From IMG/VR virus record IMGVR_UViG_3300049793_000366, positions 1-64,000 of that record: a DNA stretch of 64,000 bases; one strand, written 5' to 3'. The position numbers and the translations under genes are program-made. Under the pieces are notes generated by a model, which worked only from the letters and a program-made list of their open reading frames with translations, did no database searches and was not told the DNA's origin. Positions 50,947 through 59,284 of this stretch are shown here, one piece after another (position 1 is the first letter of the stretch; every line of letters begins with the position of its first letter).

Positions 50947-51171
50947 ATGAAGAAGCACAGATATACCGGAGAATTTGTCATACTCAAAAGAGACCTGAGA
51001 AAGGTCACAATTGACAAAATAAGCGTAGATGGAGATAGCTACTTCATATCATATTTTACAGAATATAATAAGGTCACTTATGAAATAATAACTGAATCGG
51101 ACATATTAACAGAAGAAGAATATGATAAAATAAAGGATAGGACGAATAAAATTAATAGATTATTCGAATAA
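50947..51171 (+). CDS. hypothetical protein with C-terminal RTNKINRL motif
   Basis: Shared C-terminal motif; TAATATATA at 50934. Confidence 0.65.
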   Translation: MKKHRYTGEFVILKRDLRKVTIDKISVDGDSYFISYFTEYNKVTYEIITESDILTEEEYDKIKDRTNKINRLFE

Positions 51172-51172
51172 T

Positions 51173-51204
51173 TTTGGTCACATATAAACTTTTGTTTATA
51201 TTTG
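51173..51204 (+). promoter_or_regulatory. Bacteroidota primary-sigma promoter
   Basis: TTTG-N20-TATATTTG. Confidence 0.7.
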
Positions 51205-51210
51205 TGTATT

Positions 51211-51543
51211 ATGTCAATGAAAATAGCACTATCTGGTAAATTCTCATGTTATGAGTTAATCTGTGACGATGATGGATTGATTAGGTGTCATAACTTAAAG
51301 GATGATACTACTCAAACATTATGTACATTTGATCCTACATATTTGAGTATTAGATTTAAGTCTGAGCGTTACAAAAACTTAAGAAAGTGGATGGACCGTA
51401 AAGTAAGAATACTTTATGAGTTAAATAAATCACGCCGCTCTTCTTACTCAATGACATCTGGTGAGAAAACCAGGATAATCAATGAGTTCTATTCTACTCT
51501 TAAAACAGAGGTTAGAGAGTTCAAATTGAAAGACTTAGAATAA
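51211..51543 (+). CDS. hypothetical protein with C-terminal REFKLKDL motif
   Basis: Shared C-terminal motif. Confidence 0.6.
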   Translation: MSMKIALSGKFSCYELICDDDGLIRCHNLKDDTTQTLCTFDPTYLSIRFKSERYKNLRKWMDRKVRILYELNKSRRSSYSMTSGEKTRIINEFYSTLKTEVREFKLKDLE

Positions 51544-51545
51544 AA

Positions 51546-51577
51546 TTTGCTTATTCTGAATTAATTACATATATTTG
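51546..51577 (+). promoter_or_regulatory. Bacteroidota primary-sigma promoter of the ileS leader
   Basis: TTTG-N20-TATATTTG. Confidence 0.75.
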
Positions 51578-51618
51578 TAGTCAAGAAAACAAATGAAATA
51601 AATTTCAATATATACAGT

Positions 51619-51681
51619 ATGAACTTTAACAGTATTATAATTATTCGTAAATCAACTCCTTGGTATAAACCAATTGGATAA
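51619..51681 (+). CDS. Ile-rich attenuator leader peptide MNFNSIIIIRKSTPWYKPIG
   Basis: Four consecutive Ile codons (ATT ATA ATT ATT) upstream of a terminator and ileS. Confidence 0.8.
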   Translation: MNFNSIIIIRKSTPWYKPIG

Positions 51682-51702
51682 CGAATAGTTATTACCCAAC
51701 TG

Positions 51703-51737
51703 AAAAGCCCAAGGACATTAAGCCTTGGGCTTTTTTT
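51703..51737 (+). terminator. attenuator terminator in the ileS leader
   Basis: AAAAGCCCAAGG-ACATTAAG-CCTTGGGCTTTTTTT; the 5' arm can alternatively pair with TCCTTGG at 51657-51663. Confidence 0.85.
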
Positions 51738-51774
51738 ATTGCAAAAAATCTAAAAACAAAATAAACTTAAAAAT

Positions 51775-54003
51775 ATGAAAGAGAAAAACCTAAATATGCC
51801 TCAAACAGACTTCACACAGAGGTCAGAGTCATTGAAACGAGAACCAGAATTACTTAAACTCTGGAATGAGCTTGATGTACTTAAGCTTAGAAATGAATTA
51901 AATAGTGATACATTCACTTTACACGATGGACCGCCGTATGCTAACGGTGATGTTCACGTTGGTCACGTACTTAATAAAGTATTAAAAGATATGGTTGTTA
52001 AGTATCAACTAATGAGTGGTAAGAAAGTCAATTTCAGACCAGGATTTGACTGTCATGGTTTACCAACTGAATTAGCTGTTCTCAAAAAGCATGGCAAACT
52101 TGATGTGTCTGAACTGAGAGTTAAATGTAAAGAGTGGGCAACTGAGTATTCAGATAAGCAACGCGAATCATTTAAATCATTGGGTGTTTTCGCTGAATGG
52201 GATAACCCGTATTACACGATGTCACCTGAGTTCGAAGTTGGACAGCTTAAAGTATTATATAAGCTCTTAAACGATGGATTGATGTATCTTGATAGTAGAC
52301 CTGTGTATTACTCACCATCATCAAGAACTGTTTTAGCCGAATCAGAGCTTGAATATAAAAACAGAAAAGACAAATCTGCCTATTTCACCTTGGATGCCGA
52401 AGATGGTAGATTATTATTGGTTTGGACTACACAACCTTGGACAGCGTTAGGTAACGTAGCTGTTTGTGTTAATAACAGACTGACGTATGTAACAGTTGAA
52501 CAAGATTCTAAACTATATGTTGTTGCTAAGGATTTAGCTCACGTATTGAGTGGTGTTGTTGTAGATGAATATAGTGGTGAGAGTCTTGTTGGTCTTAAGT
52601 ATCACAATAAACTAACTAATACAGAGGGTGTTGTTGTGTCTGATAAATTCGTTAAGTCAAATAGTGGTACTGGTTTAGTACACTTATGTCCAGCACATGG
52701 TGAGGATGACTTCGATGTGTGTCAGAAACATAATCTATCATGTGATGATTTGACTGATTCTGGTGGTAAACTTCTTCTGAATGGGTTATTCTGTTTAGAC
52801 CAAGGTTCAGAGTCAGTTCTTGATATGATGAAAGAAAATGGTATGTTATATTCAACGTCTGAATATGAACACTCTTATCCACATGACTGGCGAACAAACG
52901 GACCTGTTTATTTTAAGCTAACTGAGCAATTCTTCCTTGATTTGGCTGAGTTAAAAGAGAAAGTATTAGCTGTCCTACCTACTGTTGATTTCACAGAAGA
53001 GCGTTGGAAAAACAGATTAACGAATATGTTGAATTTAAGAGACCGTTGGTGTTTATCGCGTCAAAGAAAATGGGGATTCCCTTTAGCTGTATTTCTTAAA
53101 GACGGTAAGCCATTTACGCATCCAGAATTAGAAGCTCACTTATTTGAGTTGTTTAAGCAGAATGGCTCTGATGTTTGGTTTAACTCAACAGAAGATGAAT
53201 TATTACCTGAGCAATTTAAGAATACTGGTTTAGTTAAGTGTGATTATACATTAGATGTGTGGTTTGATTCTGGTGTTAGTTGGTATTCAGTTGTGGGTGG
53301 TCAATCAGATGTTTACTTCGAAGGTTCAGACCAACACAGAGGTTGGTTTCAGTCTTCATTACTAACATCAGTAGCAATGACTGGTGAAGCACCTTACAAA
53401 AAAGTACTTACACACGGATTTGTATTGGATGATAAGGGAAGAAAGATGTCTAAATCATTAGGTAATGTTGTAGAACCAAAGACTGTTCAACAAAAGTATA
53501 ATACTGATGTGCTTAGATTGTGGGCGGCTGTTGTTAACTATGGTGATGATGCACAATTAGGTGATGGTGTGTTGAAGAGCTGTTCTGAATATTATTTCAA
53601 ATTTAGAAATACGCTTAAATATTTACTTGGTAATATGTATGGGTATGATTTTAGAGAGGTACAGCTAAATGAAAAAGATAGACTGGCTCTTACTCGATGT
53701 GATGCTATGTATAATAATTGTTTAAAGTCATATTCCGAGTATAACTTCAGAAAAGTATTTGAAGAATTAATGTCGTGGGTTTCAGAATTTTCAAGTCAGT
53801 ACTTAGACAATCAAACAAAATCCTTTTTATATGAATATGATGTTAATTCCGATGAACGTCAACAATGTCAATATGTTCTTAGGTATGCATTAGAGCGTTT
53901 TATGAAAGTACTTGCTCCTATGTGTTCATTTTTAGCAGAAGACGCTTATCAACATTATGAGTTCAAACAAGATGTTTCTGTATTTATGGAAAAAATGGAA
54001 TAA
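51775..54003 (+). CDS. ileS: isoleucine--tRNA ligase (type 1), C-terminally shortened
   Basis: HDGPPYANG, HVGH, PGFDCHGLP, WTTQPWT, GTGLVH.CPAHG.DD, WCLSRQRKWG, EGSDQHRGWFQSSL, KMSKSLGN. Confidence 0.95.
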   Translation: MKEKNLNMPQTDFTQRSESLKREPELLKLWNELDVLKLRNELNSDTFTLHDGPPYANGDVHVGHVLNKVLKDMVVKYQLMSGKKVNFRPGFDCHGLPTELAVLKKHGKLDVSELRVKCKEWATEYSDKQRESFKSLGVFAEWDNPYYTMSPEFEVGQLKVLYKLLNDGLMYLDSRPVYYSPSSRTVLAESELEYKNRKDKSAYFTLDAEDGRLLLVWTTQPWTALGNVAVCVNNRLTYVTVEQDSKLYVVAKDLAHVLSGVVVDEYSGESLVGLKYHNKLTNTEGVVVSDKFVKSNSGTGLVHLCPAHGEDDFDVCQKHNLSCDDLTDSGGKLLLNGLFCLDQGSESVLDMMKENGMLYSTSEYEHSYPHDWRTNGPVYFKLTEQFFLDLAELKEKVLAVLPTVDFTEERWKNRLTNMLNLRDRWCLSRQRKWGFPLAVFLKDGKPFTHPELEAHLFELFKQNGSDVWFNSTEDELLPEQFKNTGLVKCDYTLDVWFDSGVSWYSVVGGQSDVYFEGSDQHRGWFQSSLLTSVAMTGEAPYKKVLTHGFVLDDKGRKMSKSLGNVVEPKTVQQKYNTDVLRLWAAVVNYGDDAQLGDGVLKSCSEYYFKFRNTLKYLLGNMYGYDFREVQLNEKDRLALTRCDAMYNNCLKSYSEYNFRKVFEELMSWVSEFSSQYLDNQTKSFLYEYDVNSDERQQCQYVLRYALERFMKVLAPMCSFLAEDAYQHYEFKQDVSVFMEKME

Positions 54004-54042
54004 AAAGTTAATATATAATTATAATAAAAATATTATAAATAC

Positions 54043-54471
54043 ATGAAGCATATAAAAACATTTGAACAATATTCACCAGCAACCGAAGTGAATGAAGAAC
54101 TATTTGGTAAATTATTACAAGGTGGTAAAGACTTCATCATCGATGGTAAATCGTTAGCAGAACTTAAAACTAAATATGCTAATGTAGTTAAAGATGGTCA
54201 GGTTATTTCTAAAGCTAAAGAACAACCACTTGTTACTATTGAAGAAGGTAAACCATTAAGAGGTAACCCACCTACGATGGCTCGTATTAAAGAACTTAAA
54301 GCAAAATATAACATGGATGATGCACAAGCTTTAGAAGCGACATTAAAGATTTACGATTGGAATGGTAACATTTTAATGGATGGTGAGAAGTCAACATTTG
54401 ACACTAACACTAAGAAGTTCACAGTTATTCAAGCTAAAAGCACAAGAGGAACAGGTTTTAACGTAAGTTAA
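54043..54471 (+). CDS. hypothetical protein, N-terminal MKHIKTFE family
   Basis: MKHIKTFEQY..EVNEE; TAATATATA at 54009. Confidence 0.7.
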   Translation: MKHIKTFEQYSPATEVNEELFGKLLQGGKDFIIDGKSLAELKTKYANVVKDGQVISKAKEQPLVTIEEGKPLRGNPPTMARIKELKAKYNMDDAQALEATLKIYDWNGNILMDGEKSTFDTNTKKFTVIQAKSTRGTGFNVS

Positions 54472-54947
54472 ACAATATAAAACTTTATTTGAAAATTACA
54501 GAAGCCGACCATACGATATCCGTACTGGTCGTTTTCTGTATATTGGTTAAACCCCTTCCATTCAATGATGTTATTCTTATATTCAGCGGGGTTATATGAA
54601 TTTTGTATTGTATCATTTATTTTAAACTCATACTGAGTCTTAAATCCGTCTTTTTCTAAAAACTTTCTTCTTCTATCTAATAATGTTTTGATAGTATCGA
54701 ATTCTTTTTTAGCATCATCTTCTGGTATTCTTCTTTTACAAACAATTAATAAATATCCTGCTCCTTTTTCTGGAATCAACTGATATCCTTCTTCTGCTAA
54801 TGGGAAAAATAATTCATGTTCTATTTGCTTTACGTCAGTCATGTTTCTAATCATGCGTCTTAAAGCATTGTGCAATTCGTCAAGAACACCACCTATTTTA
54901 TTGTAGTACTTATCATCAAATGATTCGAATGTTTCTAAATTTCTCAT
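54468..54947 (-). CDS. hypothetical protein, N-terminal MRNLETFESF
   Basis: N-terminal motif. Confidence 0.7.
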   Translation of the reverse strand: MRNLETFESFDDKYYNKIGGVLDELHNALRRMIRNMTDVKQIEHELFFPLAEEGYQLIPEKGAGYLLIVCKRRIPEDDAKKEFDTIKTLLDRRRKFLEKDGFKTQYEFKINDTIQNSYNPAEYKNNIIEWKGFNQYTENDQYGYRMVGFCNFQIKFYIV

Positions 54948-55696
54948 TCTACTAATTTTGGCATTGTATCTATTCGAGATTCTGCTAAATCCAATAGTTT
55001 TTCTTTATATGTGTTTAATGTTTGTAAATTACTTTCCGTTAACTCTTTTCTATTTAACATTGGTTCTAAATCCGGGTAATGTTTGATTATACCAGACTTT
55101 GTATAAGAATCTGGTTCATTACCATCGATTAGAGAAAAGAATTGACCAAACTGAAAAGCCATTACTTTATAGATATCTTTAATAGACTCTTTCTTTCCTG
55201 GAAAGTCAGTCATAGTTACGAAATCAATCTGTCTTATTACAGGAAGTTTTAATCTTAAATCGCCGCGCAATGCTGGTTTAACTACTGTTCTAAGATGAGA
55301 ACGAGAATAGAATGATAAGATACCTCTACACACTCTTAATAACTTTTGATTAGTGTCTCTTTGTACTACTGATTTTATTTGGTTATCAAAATATTGTTTG
55401 TGATTATCATAAGTATAATACAAAGCATTATTTACCTCATCAGCAGTGCCTTTGAATACTTTAACAATATGACCATTCTCAAGAACAGCTAAATTGCAGT
55501 TTAAAACCTTATCAGATAAAAGATTAGATAATTCAGCATTATAATGTTTACATATGTTATGAGCCGCATCAATATTTTGAGGAATATCATCAACAAATAT
55601 CATTACGTCATAGTCTTGACTATTCTCAGATCCAAAGATTTGAAAAACATAGTCTATATTTTCAGCCATTTCATTGAACTTTTTAAGATATTTCAT
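54944..55696 (-). CDS. putative Pol-beta-fold nucleotidyltransferase with MKYLKKFNE leader
   Basis: IFGSENSQDYDVMIFV fits hG[S]xxxxDxDhhh. Confidence 0.55.
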   Translation of the reverse strand: MKYLKKFNEMAENIDYVFQIFGSENSQDYDVMIFVDDIPQNIDAAHNICKHYNAELSNLLSDKVLNCNLAVLENGHIVKVFKGTADEVNNALYYTYDNHKQYFDNQIKSVVQRDTNQKLLRVCRGILSFYSRSHLRTVVKPALRGDLRLKLPVIRQIDFVTMTDFPGKKESIKDIYKVMAFQFGQFFSLIDGNEPDSYTKSGIIKHYPDLEPMLNRKELTESNLQTLNTYKEKLLDLAESRIDTMPKLVE

Positions 55697-56075
55697 TAAT
55701 GAGTAGTTTTATGTCAATTGTTTTAAATCTAAATAAAATTGATGTATAAGGACCCGTTAAATATTCAGAATTACCCTCTGTTAATTCTAACTCATATTTC
55801 TTAGCAAATTTAGTCAATTTATTTCTAATATCCTCAATTAATGGATCATTTATTATAAATTTAAAGTCATAGCAAATGTTACCGTATGAATCTTTAGCTA
55901 CTCTATCTTCATCTAAACCAGGATAGGGTTTTTTATATATAAATTGTACTTGTTCATCAGCGTCATATTCCTCAAACTCAATGTATAAAAGCCTTTCAAG
56001 TGAACCTTTAGCTACTGAAAAATCTGAAAATGTTACTTGATTTTCATTTATAAATTCGGAGTAGTTCTTCTTCAT
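55683..56075 (-). CDS. hypothetical protein, N-terminal MKKNYSEFINE
   Basis: CTS-like N-terminus; TTTATATATA upstream. Confidence 0.7.
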   Translation of the reverse strand: MKKNYSEFINENQVTFSDFSVAKGSLERLLYIEFEEYDADEQVQFIYKKPYPGLDEDRVAKDSYGNICYDFKFIINDPLIEDIRNKLTKFAKKYELELTEGNSEYLTGPYTSILFRFKTIDIKLLINEIS

Positions 56076-56111
56076 GTTGTATATATAAAGAAGAATTCTC
56101 GTTTTTTTATT

Positions 56112-56120
56112 TAATATATA
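56112..56120 (+). promoter_or_regulatory. putative late promoter of the tail tube gene
   Basis: TAATATATA. Confidence 0.6.
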
Positions 56121-56197
56121 CTAAAGAGTTAATGCCCAGAATAGGTTGGAACATAAGCTTGATAAATATATAGAGTAATAAAAATAATATAGAAGAT

Positions 56198-56815
56198 ATG
56201 CCATTACCGCATTTTACAAACGTAACCAGTCATTTCGGTGATAACCAAGGTCCATTCGAAGCAGTGTACCCAGGGTTATTCGAGATATCATTTGTTTTGC
56301 CTGCTACATTAGTAGCTCAAAATAGAGATCCATTAATGTTGTTAGAAAACGCAACTAACATTTCAGGATTCGAGTTAACACCAACTATCAATGAGCAGTC
56401 TCAAAGATTCAAGTACTCTACTAGAGTTTACTTACCTCTTCCTGAGAAGACTCACACTACGTTTGATATTACATTCAACGTAAATGTGAATCACGCTGGT
56501 TCTATGTACACATGGAATACACTTAGGTCTTGGTATGACTTACTTTGGAATTCACAAGTAGGTACTAACTTCTACAAAAGAGATATGGTAGGTACTGTTA
56601 TCGTTAACCAACACGATAAGAAAGGTTTCATCATTAGAAGAATCACTTTCCACAATACTCAAATTAAAGGTATTGATGGTGCTGTATCTGAACTTGACTG
56701 GTCAAAAACTGGTGATATCGTAACTGGAACAAAGGCATCTTTCGTATGTGATTACTGGACTGATGAATGGATTGATCCAAACTACGCTCAAGTATTACCA
56801 CCATTATCGGTATAA
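56198..56815 (+). CDS. tail tube protein (T4 gp19-like)
   Basis: MPLPHF start, FEISF..P, ITFNVN, LRSWYDL..N, ELDW, F.CDYW; TAATATATA upstream. Confidence 0.7.
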   Translation: MPLPHFTNVTSHFGDNQGPFEAVYPGLFEISFVLPATLVAQNRDPLMLLENATNISGFELTPTINEQSQRFKYSTRVYLPLPEKTHTTFDITFNVNVNHAGSMYTWNTLRSWYDLLWNSQVGTNFYKRDMVGTVIVNQHDKKGFIIRRITFHNTQIKGIDGAVSELDWSKTGDIVTGTKASFVCDYWTDEWIDPNYAQVLPPLSV

Positions 56816-56862
56816 TTCTAAACTAAAGAAGCTAATATATGAAAAATATAAAATCAATAGAT

Positions 56863-57459
56863 ATGAAACATTTAAAGTCTTTTCAGATGTTTGAAAACGA
56901 AGGGCAAGTAGCCCCAGCAGAAGCTACAAAAGCACCTGCTGAAATGCCAGTTGACAGAGCGGCTGTTGAAGCTGTTGTTAAAAAGCAATCACCAGAGCAA
57001 TTACAACAATTTGTTAATGAGTTAGCACAGAAACTTGGTTTAAGTGTCGAACAACTTAAAGACGAAGAGTTGGTTAAGTCTAAATTGGCTGAATTGACAA
57101 AGAATGAATCTTTTGAAGTTGATGAGACAAATGAAGGTTTAAAAGATATGTTTGCTTCTTTAAAAGCTAAAGCTGCTAAAATACTTACTTGGGCTGGTTT
57201 AGGTACAGTGGCGGGTGGTCTTATTAATTTGGCAATTGATGCTGGATTTAACGAACACGCTATAAACGCGGCTGATTATACAGGTGCTACATTACACATG
57301 AGTAGTATGGCAATAGCTTCAATTATAGCTTTGGTAGCTGGTACTGCAATGACTGTTGTTGGTATGAAGAATCTACCAAAAACTGCGACAGCGGGTGCTG
57401 AGTTATCCGATGCTCAAAAAGCTCAAATAGCAAGAAGAAAAGCAAGATTTGGTAGATAA
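56863..57459 (+). CDS. membrane-segment protein with MKHLKSFQMFE leader
   Basis: Alternative start 56839 (MKNIKSID); acidic N-half with NES/NEG sites; two C-terminal hydrophobic helices. Confidence 0.7.
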   Translation: MKHLKSFQMFENEGQVAPAEATKAPAEMPVDRAAVEAVVKKQSPEQLQQFVNELAQKLGLSVEQLKDEELVKSKLAELTKNESFEVDETNEGLKDMFASLKAKAAKILTWAGLGTVAGGLINLAIDAGFNEHAINAADYTGATLHMSSMAIASIIALVAGTAMTVVGMKNLPKTATAGAELSDAQKAQIARRKARFGR

Positions 57460-57677
57460 TGAAACACTTACAATCATTTAACGAACATAACGCTACACCT
57501 GCAATCTACCACAGTAGAATTACAAAGGGTAAGACCAAAGTCTCTTATGATGATAAAAAGGGTGTTATAATTGACACTGATGTAGACTCAGAAAAAATAC
57601 TAAACGTACACATCAAATATGAAGATGGTACTGATGGATGGGAAGTCGCTGATGATACTAAGATGAAATACATTTAA
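57459..57677 (+). CDS. small protein, N-terminal MKHLQSFNE
   Basis: N-terminal motif. Confidence 0.7.
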   Translation: MKHLQSFNEHNATPAIYHSRITKGKTKVSYDDKKGVIIDTDVDSEKILNVHIKYEDGTDGWEVADDTKMKYI

Positions 57678-57678
57678 T

Positions 57679-57711
57679 AAAAACCCTCAAAAATCAATTT
57701 GAGGGTTTTTT
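57679..57711. terminator. bidirectional intrinsic terminator
   Basis: AAAACCCTCAAA..TTTGAGGGTTTT. Confidence 0.8.
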
Positions 57712-58072
57712 ATTTAGTTTCGAGTTTAATGCGCTTTATTTCGAGAATACATTCTAATGAATATCTTTCTTCTTCTGATTTAATTAAATCTTTCTCAGAT
57801 TTCTTATTATATTTAGTAAAGATGAATGCGTGAAATGCTACGTTTATAATTAATGCGATAGGGTGTGTTAAGTTCTCCCACTTAGCTCCACATAAATAAG
57901 CACTAAACATACCAAGACAAACACATAGAGTTGCAACTATGAAAGCAAATAATTTAGAATCTAAAAAAATAAGAGTCTTAAGTAATAAAATAGCTAAGTT
58001 TACTTCTTTCATAGATTTATCTCCAAACTCAGTTTGAATTTCTGCTAATATTGTAAGTTTATCTTTTCTCAT
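57710..58072 (-). CDS. membrane protein
   Basis: Two hydrophobic helices. Confidence 0.6.
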   Translation of the reverse strand: MRKDKLTILAEIQTEFGDKSMKEVNLAILLLKTLIFLDSKLFAFIVATLCVCLGMFSAYLCGAKWENLTHPIALIINVAFHAFIFTKYNKKSEKDLIKSEEERYSLECILEIKRIKLETK

Positions 58073-58101
58073 ATCTTTTTAGTTTAGAGTTATTGTGAAT
58101 A

Positions 58102-58133
58102 CAAATATATATTAAATAATCCGGATTTCCAAA
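58102..58133 (-). promoter_or_regulatory. Bacteroidota promoter overlapping a TAATATATA motif
   Basis: TTTG-N20-TATATTTG; TAATATATA at 58106-58114. Confidence 0.7.
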
Positions 58134-58217
58134 TTTTCATCCACTATTTTTGGACATTTTTTAAATTTTCTTCAATTTTACTATTAAATATACAACAAAA
58201 GTACCATAAAAGCAAGC

Positions 58218-58247
58218 AAAAAACCCAGTCTAAATAGACTGGGTTTC
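58218..58247 (-). terminator. intrinsic terminator
   Basis: AAACCCAGTCTA-AA-TAGACTGGGTTT. Confidence 0.75.
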
Positions 58248-58249
58248 AA

Positions 58250-59197
58250 TTAGTTAAGCTTAATACCCGTTACTGGGTCATAGTTTAAAATAAGAATTTC
58301 TAAACCTTTTGTTTGTTCTCCTTTATTTTCGTGATTATTACCACCTTGAGCAGAACTTCTGAATACTTCCTTTTCAGTCCAGTAGTATTTATCTCTTGGT
58401 AGAATTTCTTCAAGTAATGGGAAATAGTAATATGATAATGACCAACGACTCTTAGTAGTTTTCAATAACTCTAATAATCTTCTATGTGATTGAGGTCCAA
58501 ATACACCCTCAGCATCACAGCCATACCAAAATAATCTACGAGCATCATCTTCGCCTTTCTCTTCGTTAAATCTCGCATATGGAGGGTCTAAGTAGATATA
58601 AGTATCATCAGCATCATATTTAGTAATAAGCTCTTCAAAATCGATGTTATACCAATTGGTGATTGAATTAAGTTTGTCTGTGTATGTATTCTTTTTAAGT
58701 TTATTGATTAAAATCTCTAACTTAAGTTTGTCGTGAGATTTCTTATAACCATTGAAACCAGCACCGCGAGGATATACTGAATTATGAGCAGATGTAATTA
58801 AGAAAGCATACATAGCCGCTTTTTCAAAGTCACCAATCTCAAAGTCTGAATTATCTAAGAAGTCATTCTTAACATACTCTCTGTATATTGCTTTAAAGAA
58901 ATCCCATTTCTTTAAAGGGTCTGTTTCAGTAGTGAATAATACTGTTGATTTAAGTTTATCAATAGCATTAAGCATTTTCTCTGGTTCAGAGCAACATCTA
59001 TAAAGATTTACTTGATGCCTATTTTTATCATTGTAGACAACCGTATCAAATATAAGTGATGGGTCATCCATATATGTTCCCATTGAACCGCTAAATGGTT
59101 CGAGATATGTGTTTATACCACTTTTGGGTATTTTAGAGTTAATGAACTCAATAAAGGCGTTTGATGATTTACCACCGAAATAACTGATAACAGACAT
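58250..59197 (-). CDS. DNA adenine methyltransferase (Dam/D12 class)
   Basis: ISYFGGKS, EPFSGS, VYND, IYLDPPY. Confidence 0.88.
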   Translation of the reverse strand: MSVISYFGGKSSNAFIEFINSKIPKSGINTYLEPFSGSMGTYMDDPSLIFDTVVYNDKNRHQVNLYRCCSEPEKMLNAIDKLKSTVLFTTETDPLKKWDFFKAIYREYVKNDFLDNSDFEIGDFEKAAMYAFLITSAHNSVYPRGAGFNGYKKSHDKLKLEILINKLKKNTYTDKLNSITNWYNIDFEELITKYDADDTYIYLDPPYARFNEEKGEDDARRLFWYGCDAEGVFGPQSHRRLLELLKTTKSRWSLSYYYFPLLEEILPRDKYYWTEKEVFRSSAQGGNNHENKGEQTKGLEILILNYDPVTGIKLN

Positions 59198-59284
59198 TTT
59201 TCCATTGCTTATTTTTATAAGTCTTATAGAAGTTGTATTTCCAAAAGTTTAATATATACTAAAATTAAGTCCTGTAAGAACTGT

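Noticed and set aside
51580-51740. T-box riboswitch upstream of ileS
   Set aside because: No stem I or TGGnACC T-box sequence; the Ile4 leader peptide explains the region better.
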